Source: a virus (taxonomy: Duplodnaviria; Heunggongvirae; Uroviricota; Caudoviricetes). Taken from it: a stretch of 5,173 nucleotides of DNA. Location of the stretch: the IMG/VR virus record IMGVR_UViG_2740892270_000017, one strand, 5' to 3'. The stretch's first letter is position 1. Each line of letters starts with the position of its first letter. Below the pieces are notes generated by a model. It saw nothing but the letters and a program-made list of their open reading frames with translations. It was not told the DNA's origin and did not search any database. Below are positions 4,452 to 5,173 of the stretch, one piece after another. Position numbers and translations under genes: made by a program.

Positions 4452-5020
4452 NNNNNNNNNNNNNNNNNNNNNNNNNNNNNNNNNNNNNNNNNNNNNNNNN
4501 NNNNNNNNNNNNNNNNNNNNNNNNNNNNNNNNNNNNNNNNNNNNNNNNNNNNNNNNNNNNNNNNNNNNNNNNNNNNNNNNNNNNNNNNNNNNNNNNNNNN
4601 NNNNNNNNNNNNNNNNNNNNNNNNNNNNNNNNNNNNNNNNNNNNNNNNNNNNNNNNNNNNNNNNNNNNNNNNCGCCGTATCCCGGGTTCTACGAGTCGCA
4701 ACGGTGTTAAGGTATTGCTCTGCGGCATCACTCAGGGCTGGCGTGTGTTCCCGACCAACTGATTCGCACAGGTAATCAACGAAACCAGACAGCAGTTCTC
4801 GTTCGCGAGGCGTGATCGCCCCACCGACCGGAGTCCAGTAATCGAATCCCAGTTGCAGGAGTTTGAAAAAACGCTTGTGGAATGCGTAGTTACGCACACG
4901 CTTAAAGTCTGCGTGTATCCACTCACCTATTTTGATTTGATGCAGAAAATCGCAACTCTCCGGCGTCGCCGGGAGAAGTAAACCAGAAGAGGTTTGTTTG
5001 ACCAGTTGTATATGCGCCAT
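4442..5020 (-). CDS. Lambdoid nin-region protein (possibly YbcN/DUF1367-like); N-terminal 116 aa visible (4673..5020), remainder masked
   Basis: ATG at 5020..5018; visible translation MAHIQLVKQTSSGLLLPATPESCDFLHQIKIGEWIHADFKRVRNYAFHKRFFKLLQLGFDYWTPVGGAITPRERELLSGFVDYLCESVGREHTPALSDAAEQYLNTVATRRTRDTA. If the N run has its true length, the frame ends at TAA 4444..4442 (192 aa), overlapping the expected YbcO-like start. Family assignment is from position next to the YbcO-like gene, not verified. Confidence 0.55.
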   Translation of the reverse strand: MAHIQLVKQTSSGLLLPATPESCDFLHQIKIGEWIHADFKRVRNYAFHKRFFKLLQLGFDYWTPVGGAITPRERELLSGFVDYLCESVGREHTPALSDAAEQYLNTVATRRTRDTAXXXXXXXXXXXXXXXXXXXXXXXXXXXXXXXXXXXXXXXXXXXXXXXXXXXXXXXXXXXXXXXXXXXXXXXXXXFT

Positions 5021-5173
5021 TTCTCAATCTCTCGATGGCGCAGCGCAGCAGATGCCAGTTGTTCAGGCTGACGAATAAAGTATAAATAAACTGGCTATGG
5101 TGTAAAGCCCCACATAGCATGAACAAACACTACATATCAAATAGCTGGTACAAGGATAGAAATACGACACTTA

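Noticed and set aside
3655-4731. 358-aa ORF in the six-frame track
   Set aside because: It runs through two N runs (3995-4215 and 4452-4672), where no stop codon can be called; the visible parts belong to two different proteins (Q-like C-terminus and YbcO-like fragment). Composite artefact.
4732-5126. Minus-strand ORFs 4732..4926 (64 aa) and 4923..5126 (67 aa, TTG start)
   Set aside because: Alternative frames overlapping the 4442..5020 gene or its upstream leader; no RBS; not supported.
1-5173. CRISPR arrays, IS elements/transposases, integrase or att sites
   Set aside because: No regularly spaced direct repeats, no transposase- or integrase-like ORFs and no terminal inverted repeats were found; the only direct repeat is the 53-bp pair flanking the N run in Rz.

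Overview
This window is the late-regulatory and lysis end of a lambdoid (phage-21-type) prophage, with every supportable gene on the minus strand. In transcription order (high to low coordinate) it holds: a nin-region protein (5020..4442, C-terminal part masked); a YbcO/DUF1364-like Cys-rich protein (visible 4451..4216); a Q-like late regulator (visible 3994..3655); about 1 kb of AT-rich non-coding DNA (3654..2611) with two strong terminator-like hairpins, an ERIC-like palindromic element and a candidate short plus-strand RNA; two paralogous lipoprotein genes (2610..2182 and 2031..1636) whose C-terminal domains resemble TolA domain III, the upstream one with its own sigma70-like promoter; an intrinsic terminator (1510..1487); and the lysis cassette, comprising S21-type pinholin with MKSM dual start, SAR endolysin with E35/D44/T50, and Rz with embedded Rz1. 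Three N runs (423-562, 3995-4215, 4452-4672) interrupt Rz and the nin/Q genes, so long ORFs in the supplied track that cross them (e.g. 3655..4731, 358 aa) are composites, not real proteins. The most interesting content is the pair of TolA-domain-III-like lipoproteins sitting in the Q-to-S moron slot, the position where Stx phages carry toxin genes. Their function is not known to me; a role as periplasmic TolA mimics (superinfection exclusion or bacteriocin protection) is a hypothesis only. No tRNA, rRNA, CRISPR array or transposase was found.
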